A model generated the notes under the pieces. That model was not told where the DNA came from, did not search any database, and saw nothing but the letters and a program-made list of their open reading frames with translations. This document shows, piece after piece, positions 7,510-15,993 of a stretch of 64,000 nt of DNA (position 1 is the first letter of the stretch; each line of letters starts with the position of its first letter). The position numbers and the translations under genes were made by a program. Origin of the DNA: a virus; IMG/VR virus record IMGVR_UViG_3300025151_000001, positions 1 to 64,000 of that record; one strand, given 5' to 3'.

Positions 7510-7722
7510 ATCCTTCGGGATTCCTCTGGTTTAGAGTAATCTAGACAACCCGGTTTGGGGGAGGGGAGTTTTAACGCTCCCTTCCCTCATTCCACCCTTT
7601 TAGCCCCTTTTTAGATGTGCGGAGCCGAGACGCGGGGCTTCATATACCCCCTCGACCGCCTGCTACTGTGTTTCGGGATATCCGGCACGATGACCCTTTG
7701 ATGTTCAATCATCAAACAATAA

Positions 7723-7804
7723 GCGGGAGTAGCCGAGTGGTCAAAGGCGTGAGGTTTAAGCCCTTATCTCAATGAGTTCGCAGGTTCAAATCCTGCCTCC
7801 CGCA
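7723..7804 (+). tRNA. tRNA-Leu (anticodon TAA)
   Basis: Acceptor GCGGGAG/CTCCCGC; anticodon loop TT-TAA-GC; long variable arm; GGTTCAAATCC T-arm; no CCA. Confidence 0.93.
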
Positions 7805-8017
7805 TTCTCTTTACATGGGGAAGGTCGAGTCAGGGGCCTATTTAGACAAAAACTAAGAACGCGCATCTCTTAGTTTGACTCCCTTCCCCTCCTTTTCACA
7901 ACGCGGTTTTATCAAGTAATAAAGTGCAAACCTACCTCCTATGATAATGGGGTTCTGTCTGTTCCTCTAGGGCTTTTCCGCGACCTTTTCTCCTTATTTT
8001 AAGGGGAGGTAATTAAA

Positions 8018-8377
8018 ATGGAAAACAATGATTATATGACTAATGGTGGACCTCATGAACTTCATGAGTATTCATCGGCAGTAACTGAAAAGATTGAACA
8101 ACTTGGAACAGATGGACTAACAGCATTGGAGTTTGTTTGTCTTAAGAAGTCACCACATTTTAGAGTTGATGGATATCCTTACGATGAAATTATCGTAACG
8201 GATTGTTCTCGTCTTGTTGGTGGCGAAGTTGGCGAATCTGCTGACTTTGAATACTTTCAAATTTCTCTTTCTTTTTATGAAAATGACGATGAGTCATACG
8301 CTCTCTATGATATTAAGAGAGAGAAGGTGTATGATTGCTATTATAATTTCCCTAACTATCTTTTGGGGGAGGAATGA
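8018..8377 (+). CDS. Acidic hypothetical protein
   Basis: GGAGG SD; coupled to next gene. Confidence 0.75.
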   Translation: MENNDYMTNGGPHELHEYSSAVTEKIEQLGTDGLTALEFVCLKKSPHFRVDGYPYDEIIVTDCSRLVGGEVGESADFEYFQISLSFYENDDESYALYDIKREKVYDCYYNFPNYLLGEE

Positions 8378-8754
8378 AAATGGTATTGGGCATGGAATAT
8401 TTGGAACACCTTGAGAATTGCCGATTGATTGCAAGCCGTATTGTGGCTGACATTAAACTTTATCCTAACAGTAAGGTTAGGGATATCGTTAATGCCTATT
8501 GGGAACAACTTCCCCGTTTGAAGGCTAATCAGACAACATACGTTCTTGAACTTTTCAAGAAATCGGACATGGATTCTTTGGCTACCTTTTACGCTGAAGT
8601 TGCAATTCGAGATTGTATCGTTAATGCTAACGAGCGTAACTACTTTAACCCAAGCGAAGAAGTCGCTTTTCAGCGCAAGCATGAGATTAAGCAATTTGCA
8701 CTCATGTTGAAAGATTCTGCAGATTTTTATAAGCAGATGGAGGAATTGGAATGA
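8374..8754 (+). CDS. Hypothetical protein
   Basis: ATGA overlaps at both ends. Confidence 0.75.
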   Translation: MKMVLGMEYLEHLENCRLIASRIVADIKLYPNSKVRDIVNAYWEQLPRLKANQTTYVLELFKKSDMDSLATFYAEVAIRDCIVNANERNYFNPSEEVAFQRKHEIKQFALMLKDSADFYKQMEELE

Positions 8755-10181
8755 GCAATTGGACAGAACAACAGAACGAAATTTTTGAAGAAATTGTGAA
8801 CGGTGAAGACGATGTTTTCGTTTATGCCGGTGCAGGAACCGGAAAGACGACGACAATTGTTGAAGCGTCACATCGTGCAAATGCACGCCGTATGTGCTTT
8901 CTTGCATTTAACAAGAGTATTGCAACTGAACTTGGAGAACGCCTCCCTGATGATGTAACGGCAAAGACGTTTCATGCATTGGGTTTTGCGGCTTTCCGTT
9001 CTAATGGTGTGCGAACCAAGGTCAACACCAAGAAGACTTGGGATATTATCTCCGAAGTTCTCGGTAAGGATTACATCGCGGCTCCTCTTGTGAAGTTGGT
9101 TTCGCTTGTTAAGGGTTCTATGATTGACCCAAAGGATGTTCGTGCTATTCGCGCTTTGATTGATTCTTATGATATCAACTTTGCAGAAGGTGAAGAAGCA
9201 GATGGAATTAAGGCTATTCCTGCGATTCTAACTATCGCTCGAAACCAAGCCTACCACATTGACTTTGATGATATGATTTGGATTCCTCTTGTTGAGAATT
9301 ACAATTTCCCTCGCTTTGATATGCTTTTTGTTGATGAAGCGCAGGACTTTAATGAAATGCAACGTTCTCTCATCAAGGAATGTGTCGCTGAGAATGGCCG
9401 TGTGGTCGTTGTGGGCGACCCTAATCAAGCCATTTACGGATTCCGTGGTGCTGATTCAAACTCGATGGACATTTTCAAGTCAGACCTTGAAGCCCGTGGC
9501 CGAGAAATCAAGCAATTTCCTTTGTCGGTTTCGTGGCGATGCCCACATACGGTCATTAAGGAAGCAAACAGATATGTCAAAGACATTACTTGTCCCGATT
9601 CTGCTGATGATGGTTCAGTTAAGGTCAATGCTCCGTTCAATCCTGTTCGTGGTGATATCGTCCTTTGCCGATATAACGCACCTTTGGTGAACGCATTTTA
9701 CACGATGATTCTTGAAGGCAAGTCTTGCTACATTCTTGGTCGTGATATGACGAAGGGATTGATTAACCACGTCAAGAAAATCACCAAGAATGAAAAGATG
9801 ACTACGGTTGAATTTACGAGGATGCTTGATGAAAACACCGCTATGATGCTGAAGAGATTCCGTGATGCAGGTAAGGAAACTCAGGCAAATAACCTTGAAG
9901 ATAAGGCCGAATGCATCCGTATCTTTGCTTCTCGCGTTGAAACGGTCGGAGCAATTATTGCTGAAATCAAGCGCGTGTTTGACGGCAAGGATTACGGCGA
10001 CGTGATGCTTTCCACCGTCCATAAGGCAAAGGGTCTTGAAGCGGATAACGTCTATATTCTCGCCACAGATAGGATGCCTCATCCCCGTGGCGGCTCAGAA
10101 GAGAACAATATCTGCTATGTTGCGATTACTCGCGCAAAGAAGAACCTTTACTACTGTGGTCCTCAACCGGGGATTAACTGA
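8751..10181 (+). CDS. UvrD/Rep-like superfamily 1 helicase
   Basis: AGAGTGKT, VDEAQD, VGDPNQAIYGFRGA, STVHKAKGLE, YVAITRAK. Confidence 0.93.
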   Translation: MSNWTEQQNEIFEEIVNGEDDVFVYAGAGTGKTTTIVEASHRANARRMCFLAFNKSIATELGERLPDDVTAKTFHALGFAAFRSNGVRTKVNTKKTWDIISEVLGKDYIAAPLVKLVSLVKGSMIDPKDVRAIRALIDSYDINFAEGEEADGIKAIPAILTIARNQAYHIDFDDMIWIPLVENYNFPRFDMLFVDEAQDFNEMQRSLIKECVAENGRVVVVGDPNQAIYGFRGADSNSMDIFKSDLEARGREIKQFPLSVSWRCPHTVIKEANRYVKDITCPDSADDGSVKVNAPFNPVRGDIVLCRYNAPLVNAFYTMILEGKSCYILGRDMTKGLINHVKKITKNEKMTTVEFTRMLDENTAMMLKRFRDAGKETQANNLEDKAECIRIFASRVETVGAIIAEIKRVFDGKDYGDVMLSTVHKAKGLEADNVYILATDRMPHPRGGSEENNICYVAITRAKKNLYYCGPQPGIN

Positions 10182-10195
10182 AGTAAAACCAAAAT

Positions 10196-10273
10196 GGGCC
10201 GTTAGCCAAGTCAGGTAAGGCGTCGGGCTTTTAACCCGAAGATTCGTGGGTTCGAACCCCACACGGCTCGCCA
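10196..10273 (+). tRNA. tRNA-Lys (anticodon TTT)
   Basis: Anticodon arm TCGGG-CT-TTT-AA-CCCGA; GGTTCGAACCC T-arm; encoded CCA. Confidence 0.93.
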
Positions 10274-10322
10274 TTCATTTCCTGAGTATGAATTTAAACT
10301 GCTCAACTTTTGAGGAATTAAA

Positions 10323-10769
10323 ATGGAAAAATATAAGATTATGTATGGAGAAAGAGAATCTCATGTGAAGAGTTATCGTGTTATTTTGCACGGACCCTTT
10401 GACCATGATTTGGGTGAAATTGAAGTTCGAGGACACTTCACAAATGGTGATGTATTTACTTTGAGGCGTTCCGCTTACGATTATAGTATCATAATTGAAT
10501 CGATTAACTATACTCCTGAATTGTTTATGCTCGAAGAACCCTCAGAATGGGATGAAAAGGCTGACAGTCAAACAAGATATGTTGAAAATGATACTGTGAT
10601 TTATACGGAAGACTATAGCCACATGGAAGAATGGATGATTATTGACTTCCTCGAAACTGCATATCATCGCCACTATGAGCAAGAATATACTTTGTTTGAT
10701 GTGGTTTGTGACGAATTTCAAATTAATGATGAAAAGGTCGAAGGACCATTTGGGAGGAATAAAGAATGA
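10323..10769 (+). CDS. Acidic hypothetical protein
   Basis: GAGG SD; ORF track. Confidence 0.75.
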   Translation: MEKYKIMYGERESHVKSYRVILHGPFDHDLGEIEVRGHFTNGDVFTLRRSAYDYSIIIESINYTPELFMLEEPSEWDEKADSQTRYVENDTVIYTEDYSHMEEWMIIDFLETAYHRHYEQEYTLFDVVCDEFQINDEKVEGPFGRNKE

Positions 10770-10903
10770 CTTGTATTATTGAAGACCAATGTGAAATCAG
10801 AACTCTTATTAAGCCAATGCGTGTCGTGGATGCTGCGGGAAGACTTATTGAAACCCGCTACGTCCATGAAAAGCGTTGTCGAAATTGCTACAGGTTGGTG
10901 TAA
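10766..10903 (+). CDS. 45-aa Cys-containing protein (MTCIIEDQC...RCRNCYRLV)
   Basis: Manual translation; fills the gap, with ATGA coupling. Confidence 0.55.
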   Translation: MTCIIEDQCEIRTLIKPMRVVDAAGRLIETRYVHEKRCRNCYRLV

Positions 10904-10905
10904 AA

Positions 10906-11241
10906 ATGACAGAAAAACTATTTGAAGAACAATGGCACAGAATCGCAAAGAAGGTTTGGATGAATGCAGTAAAGCATGGTTTCTGGGATGATGCCCGGAA
11001 CGATGGTGAATCTATTGCACTTGTTCATTCAGAACTATCTGAAGCATTAGAAGCCATGAGGCAGGGTAATCCTTCCTCGGATAAGATTATCGAGTTTTCA
11101 GCGGTTGAAGAAGAACTCGCTGATGCAGTAATTCGCATTATGGATTATGCGATGGGTAAAGACTTGGATGTTGCGGGTGCAATTATCGCCAAGTTAGAGT
11201 ATAACAAGTCCCGTGAGTTTATGCACGGGAAAGCGTTTTAG
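10906..11241 (+). CDS. MazG-like all-alpha NTP pyrophosphohydrolase
   Basis: SELSEALEA...EEELADAVIRI motif. Confidence 0.85.
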   Translation: MTEKLFEEQWHRIAKKVWMNAVKHGFWDDARNDGESIALVHSELSEALEAMRQGNPSSDKIIEFSAVEEELADAVIRIMDYAMGKDLDVAGAIIAKLEYNKSREFMHGKAF

Positions 11242-11529
11242 TTCTGAGAGTTGTCTTGGCTCTCTTAACGCGGTGGTTTGAACGGTAAAAACTGTAACGG
11301 TTTCGGTAAAAAATGCTCGTTTTGCTACATTAAAACAGTTTTCCACCAACAGGGTTTGCAAAAGTAAAAAGGCTAAATTCTATGTTGGAACTCTTCAGGT
11401 TCTTGCAGCGTGGTGTTTTCCCCGCGTGGCCTTCCCTACCTTTTAGGTGATAATCATGGTATGGTTAAAACTATTTACATTCTTATTCTTTGTGGGCCTC
11501 ATCGCCCATTTACTTTCTAGGTGGGAACT

Positions 11530-11793
11530 ATGAAATTAATTGATGCTTTTAGAAATGCTTTTTCAATGAAGCCAGACGATATTAAGAGGCGTAAGCCTTG
11601 CTTGAAATGCGGACTAAAATCTGCATATTCAGCAGAAGTAACTTTTACTCGCCACGGGTTTGATATTCCTGAGGTGACAATTAGATATGAATTATGCAGA
11701 GGTTGTTTCAATGAAGCGAATGAAAGATATAATCCCAATTACTCAGCATCACTATTGGAAGCCGAAATATTTGAATCGGTTGGTGACTGTTGA
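11530..11793 (+). CDS. Small Zn-finger protein
   Basis: CLKCG...LCRGC. Confidence 0.65.
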   Translation: MKLIDAFRNAFSMKPDDIKRRKPCLKCGLKSAYSAEVTFTRHGFDIPEVTIRYELCRGCFNEANERYNPNYSASLLEAEIFESVGDC

Positions 11794-11880
11794 AATGCGC
11801 CGTCGAGAACGGTATAAAGAATTGAGGAGTCTGGGTTACTCCTTTAACAAAGCCCACCAAATCTCAAGGAGAGGAATTAA

Positions 11881-12072
11881 ATGATGACGAAAAAGAATTT
11901 TGAAACGTTTGCAAAGGAATTTGCATATGCACACCGAGAACAAATTGGCGGTAGCCTTTCAGTTCAAGAAGAAATTATGCTTGAAGCCTTTATGTGCGCT
12001 TGCAAGAAAATTAATCCTAAGTTCGATGAAGAAGTTTGGATGAATTACTTTTGGAACGAGGTGTTTCCATGA
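11881..12072 (+). CDS. Small protein, paralog family B
   Basis: MTKKNF..FAKEF...AFMCACKKINPKFDE. Confidence 0.75.
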   Translation: MMTKKNFETFAKEFAYAHREQIGGSLSVQEEIMLEAFMCACKKINPKFDEEVWMNYFWNEVFP

Positions 12073-12728
12073 ATATTTTTGCTCTTAGCACAGACCCTAT
12101 CAATGCTGCACAACAGATGTTGGATAAGCATATTGTGAAGATGCCCACGGAAACGTGTCAAATGCTTCACACCAATGTTCTTTACAAGCATTTTGTTCAT
12201 GAACATGGTAAAGAACCTAAACTTGCAGAATTGAAGGATTTTCATGCACGAACCGGCTCGTATTTGATGAAGCCTGCCATGCTCAACCACCCCTCAACCC
12301 AATGGGCGAGAGAATCTGAAGACAATTTCACATGGCTTTATCATCATGGACTCGCTCTTTGCAAGGAATACACGCTTCGTTATCAGAATCGTGTTCATCG
12401 AACAGAAAAGCGTATTCGTAATATTGAAGAATATGTGAAGGGCGACCTATCAAAAGCAAGTCCTGTTTGGATTGCTATGGACGACAAGTATCGTCTTGAT
12501 GGTGTGCAATATTTCAAAGATAATCCTAATGCAACAGATTGGGATTTTGTTATCGCATCCTATCGCCACTATTACCTTGAAGGTAAGTGGGAATTTGCAG
12601 CATGGAAGTCCATTCGTGGACGACCTTCATGGTGGCCTGAACACCATGCAATTATCAAATACAATGAAAGAACCGAAGTGTTCAATAAAAAATATGGGGC
12701 TAACTTCCCCCTCAAGGAGTTGAATTAA
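12069..12728 (+). CDS. Pyrimidine-dimer DNA glycosylase (T4 DenV-like) family protein
   Basis: MNIFALS.DP..AAQ...DKHIVKM..E..QML, NHPST.WARES..NF.WL, LCKEYT.RY. Confidence 0.75.
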   Translation: MNIFALSTDPINAAQQMLDKHIVKMPTETCQMLHTNVLYKHFVHEHGKEPKLAELKDFHARTGSYLMKPAMLNHPSTQWARESEDNFTWLYHHGLALCKEYTLRYQNRVHRTEKRIRNIEEYVKGDLSKASPVWIAMDDKYRLDGVQYFKDNPNATDWDFVIASYRHYYLEGKWEFAAWKSIRGRPSWWPEHHAIIKYNERTEVFNKKYGANFPLKELN

Positions 12729-12729
12729 A

Positions 12730-13062
12730 ATGATGAAAACTTGTGAAAATGAATCATGCAAAAATGGTTATCTCTTGGTCCCTAATCATCAACACGATGT
12801 TATGGAACGTATTGAGTGTATGGACTGTTTGATTAATGAAAAATACCGCTATGACCTTGCTTCCAAGGTCCGTGAAACGCTCCGTGAAGGTTCACGGGAG
12901 CGACTTATAAGCATCGTTTCTGATGCCTTTTCTCAGGTTATCCACATGAATGTTGAGGCTTGTGCTGATGCTGAAGACCTCATTCATTCCAAGAGGACTG
13001 AAGACCTCATGGCTATGATTTCCGTCTATTTGAGTCGCCCTTATAGTAGGAGGGCGGCTTGA
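12730..13062 (+). CDS. Hypothetical protein with N-terminal Cys cluster
   Basis: CENESC.NG...CMDC. Confidence 0.7.
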   Translation: MMKTCENESCKNGYLLVPNHQHDVMERIECMDCLINEKYRYDLASKVRETLREGSRERLISIVSDAFSQVIHMNVEACADAEDLIHSKRTEDLMAMISVYLSRPYSRRAA

Positions 13063-13071
13063 AAACAACAT

Positions 13072-13143
13072 GGGTGCGTGGTGTAATGGATAGCATTTTG
13101 GCCTTCTAAGCCGAAGATGGGGGTTCGATTCCCTCCGCGCCTG
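13072..13143 (+). tRNA. tRNA-Arg (anticodon TCT)
   Basis: Anticodon arm TTGGC-CT-TCT-AA-GCCGA; GGTTCGATTCC T-arm. Confidence 0.92.
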
Positions 13144-13300
13144 CCTTTTCTCAGGAGTAATTTAAATGATAAAACTAACGTTTCAACTTATCGGGTGGTC
13201 TTTTGTGATTGCCTTTTTTGTGATTCTTATTCCTATTTTGTTTATACTAGATGACCATATGGGTTTTTCTGGTGAAGAAGAGTTTTGATTTGGTGATAAA

Positions 13301-13555
13301 ATGAATTTAATTAAAGATAAAGTAAAGCCTGTTGAATTTCGTAAGGTGATGGATGAGGAACTTCCTCCTATTATTATTACGATGAATGAAGATGATGAAC
13401 CAAAGATGGTATTAAATATGTATCATCGCATTTGGATTAGTCTTCACCGAAAGACTATTGCGGGAATCATCAATGTCTTCCCTGAGAAGATTGATGAGAT
13501 TCTTGATGATTTCCTCTCTGACCAACGAGCGAACGAAAAGATGGATTGGGATTGA
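13301..13555 (+). CDS. Hypothetical protein
   Basis: GGTGA SD; ORF track. Confidence 0.75.
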   Translation: MNLIKDKVKPVEFRKVMDEELPPIIITMNEDDEPKMVLNMYHRIWISLHRKTIAGIINVFPEKIDEILDDFLSDQRANEKMDWD

Positions 13556-13556
13556 A

Positions 13557-14024
13557 ATGGGATTTAGAAAGAACGATGAAGAAGCGCAAAGGCGTCGTGA
13601 CCTCCGAGCAAATGAAATTGCTTTGGAATATGCAAATAAGAAGGGCATTACCCCAACTGTGATTATGGGTAGTGAACTACATACTGTTGGTATGCCTATT
13701 GCTATAAATTGTTCAACTTGCATCGAAGAAGGTCTAGACCATAGAGATTCTCTTTTGATGATTGCTCATCACACAAATCCAATGAAAGATGAAGATTGGT
13801 ATACGAATCCTATTCTAAATGTGGAATGTATGAATGGTCATAAAGCATTCATTAAACTGAACACTATTCTTCATACGGGCAAATATCCCGTCCACCTTCG
13901 ATTTTTGAATGGTGGCGTTGCTTGGTTAGAAGAGGGAATTTCTATTGGGAATATTCCTTCCCTTAGAGAAGAAGGCTATTGGCCTTATAGCGATGATGAA
14001 CCGTCAATGGGGGTTATGAATTGA
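13557..14024 (+). CDS. Hypothetical protein (CxxC...CxxxH)
   Basis: Operon packing; ORF track. Confidence 0.7.
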   Translation: MGFRKNDEEAQRRRDLRANEIALEYANKKGITPTVIMGSELHTVGMPIAINCSTCIEEGLDHRDSLLMIAHHTNPMKDEDWYTNPILNVECMNGHKAFIKLNTILHTGKYPVHLRFLNGGVAWLEEGISIGNIPSLREEGYWPYSDDEPSMGVMN

Positions 14025-15280
14025 AATTAAGAAAACTTGGAAATGGTCATTGGGACCGCAAACTTATTGAGCGTATGCTTGAAATTTCTATTTCTCCTGA
14101 TATTGATGAGGCGCTGAAAGAATGGAAAGCCACGGGTGAATGTTGGTGGCCTTCCCTTAACAATACTAATCCTCCTGAATGGGTTCGTGAAAGTCGAACA
14201 GGTGTTGGATATTGTCTCTGTGGCCATGCTATCTATTACCACTTTGCTATTGAGAACACCGAGAATGGAACGAAAGAATGCGTTGGTTCTGACCATATTA
14301 ACGCTTACATGATTGCCCGTGCAATTGCAGATGAATTGGGTGTCGCACCTGAAACCATTAGTGATGATAAGATTGCTGATTGGATTAAGGTTCGCGTTAA
14401 GAACATGAAGGCAGATGCTTGGTGGGAAGAGAACGGAATTTGGTGGAACGACATGATTGATGGCCTTCGTCCTGTTGACCATTGGTTGAATTGGAAGAAT
14501 ACAGATGAACATGAATATGATTACGTTTATCGTTGGCATATCGTGAAGAAAATTCCTCGAAAGCGAGCAGAAGGAAAGTTTGGTGAAAGGAACTATCAAA
14601 TGGCTTCTGTGTTTTGGCGTTGGGATAATCCAGAAAACTCTCGTAATCAAATGGCTAGTCGCGGCTATCCGAATGATGCTCTTATCGCTGACGTGACTTA
14701 CCTTTCTTTTAAGAAGCCTGCTTATCTTAAGTATAAAGAAAGTCAAGATAAGAGAAAGGAAAACCGTCTTGAACAAATTCGCCTTGATGAAATTGCACGC
14801 CTTAAGCGAAAAAAGCGACAGGATGAAGAAAGAAAGGAAAGAGAGCGCCTTCAAGAGATTCAAAGGAAGAAGCATGAGGAAAATAGGGCATTGTCTCTTG
14901 ATGAATTACAACAAAGCATGACTTTTAGAAAGATGTGTAAGTTTTATGGCTCTCCTACGATTATTTCTGCCTATGCTTTTGATAGTGCTTCTTTGATAAA
15001 GTTGCGTAACTTTGCAGATTCCCTCTCTAAAGGAGAGCAGTTAGATGATTACGCTCTTAAGCAACTTGCATCAATTATGAGCGATAAGCGCAGAGTAACT
15101 GAAAAGCAAGTTAAGTTTATCAAGGACTTGGGTGGGGAAATTAGAGGCCCCATCACAAGATTTGAGGCTAGCACCTACATTGAAACTCTAATGGCTGAAA
15201 GGGACGGCAGGGATGCAGTAGCCGAACCAACGAATCAGCCTTATAGCCTGAGCGACCGTCCACAGAATAGGAGAGATTGA
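14021..15280 (+). CDS. Hypothetical protein with CxCGH...VGSDH metal motif, coiled coil and C-terminal TEKQ..EAS module
   Basis: CLCGHAI...CVGSDHI; charged helix; directly upstream of the Ubl gene. Confidence 0.75.
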   Translation: MKLRKLGNGHWDRKLIERMLEISISPDIDEALKEWKATGECWWPSLNNTNPPEWVRESRTGVGYCLCGHAIYYHFAIENTENGTKECVGSDHINAYMIARAIADELGVAPETISDDKIADWIKVRVKNMKADAWWEENGIWWNDMIDGLRPVDHWLNWKNTDEHEYDYVYRWHIVKKIPRKRAEGKFGERNYQMASVFWRWDNPENSRNQMASRGYPNDALIADVTYLSFKKPAYLKYKESQDKRKENRLEQIRLDEIARLKRKKRQDEERKERERLQEIQRKKHEENRALSLDELQQSMTFRKMCKFYGSPTIISAYAFDSASLIKLRNFADSLSKGEQLDDYALKQLASIMSDKRRVTEKQVKFIKDLGGEIRGPITRFEASTYIETLMAERDGRDAVAEPTNQPYSLSDRPQNRRD

Positions 15281-15281
15281 A

Positions 15282-15488
15282 ATGATTCGACTAAGAATTT
15301 TGAATGATACCGGCCATACAGAAGTCATGCTCGCCTCTTCCGAGGTAATTGAGCAAATTGATACCCACCCGACCCATTGGGTTTTCATCAATGGGGAAAT
15401 GGTGAGTCGTGAAGAGATTACGACACTCGATTGGAACACAGTCGAGAATGTTGACCTTACTCCGGCAATTGTTGGAGGTGCTTTCTGA
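15282..15488 (+). CDS. Ubiquitin-like (ThiS/MoaD/SAMP beta-grasp) protein with GG-AF C-terminus
   Basis: 68 aa; VFINGE motif; ends VDLTPAIVGGAF, matching the ThiS/MoaD V.I.P...GG pattern plus a 2-residue extension. Confidence 0.8.
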   Translation: MIRLRILNDTGHTEVMLASSEVIEQIDTHPTHWVFINGEMVSREEITTLDWNTVENVDLTPAIVGGAF

Positions 15489-15521
15489 GGACTACCTAAC
15501 GGTAATGCTCAGGAAACATTT

Positions 15522-15604
15522 GGGGAAAGAAGACCGCATCCCATTGTCTTCTTTCCCCTCCATTGGGGAGGGAATAGCCGTCAGGCTTTCCTTCCCCTTT
15601 TTTT
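15522..15604 (+). terminator. Tandem GC-rich hairpins plus T-run after the Ubl gene
   Basis: GGGGAAAGAAGAC/GTCTTCTTTCCCC and GGGGAGGGAA/TTCCTTCCCC-TTTTTTT. Confidence 0.7.
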
Positions 15605-15614
15605 ATTGAGAGTC

Positions 15615-15992
15615 ATGGACCTAAAGACGACAATTTCTGAGGGTGCTATGAAACTCATGTTTGAACTTAATGGTTGGACTTTAACCAAACCATTCATCCA
15701 CGAAGGTATTGCTTTCGTAAAGCCCGACTTCTATCCCGATAGATTCGTAATTGGGACAAGTAAGAAGGGCTACATTTATGCGGGGGGTCACTCTCGCATT
15801 ACTTACCGTGGTCGAGCCTTCGACTCGGTAAATGAATTAATTGATATGTATGGAAATTCAGCCATTGATAATTTTAAAGAATGGCTATTTGAGGTTGAAA
15901 AGGAATGGGTAATAACCAGAGATGGTAGTGACTTTATTTATTCCTTTACGACTCTCGATAAACTACCCAAAACAACTAAAGTGAGGTGCTAA
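15615..15992 (+). CDS. Hypothetical protein
   Basis: ORF track. Confidence 0.7.
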   Translation: MDLKTTISEGAMKLMFELNGWTLTKPFIHEGIAFVKPDFYPDRFVIGTSKKGYIYAGGHSRITYRGRAFDSVNELIDMYGNSAIDNFKEWLFEVEKEWVITRDGSDFIYSFTTLDKLPKTTKVRC

Positions 15993-15993
15993 A

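Noticed and set aside
7615-7690. Possible extra tRNA (GGGGCTTCATATACCCC loop)
   Set aside because: No acceptor stem or T-arm consensus could be built.
13255-13262. Additional CCATATGG copy
   Set aside because: Lies inside a small ORF and lacks the trailing T and CAAAG/CTTTG flanks; probably chance.
14027-14875. 282-aa antisense ORF, and similar shadow ORFs such as 54814-55497 and 45013-45510
   Set aside because: Fully antisense to well-supported genes; explained by codon bias.
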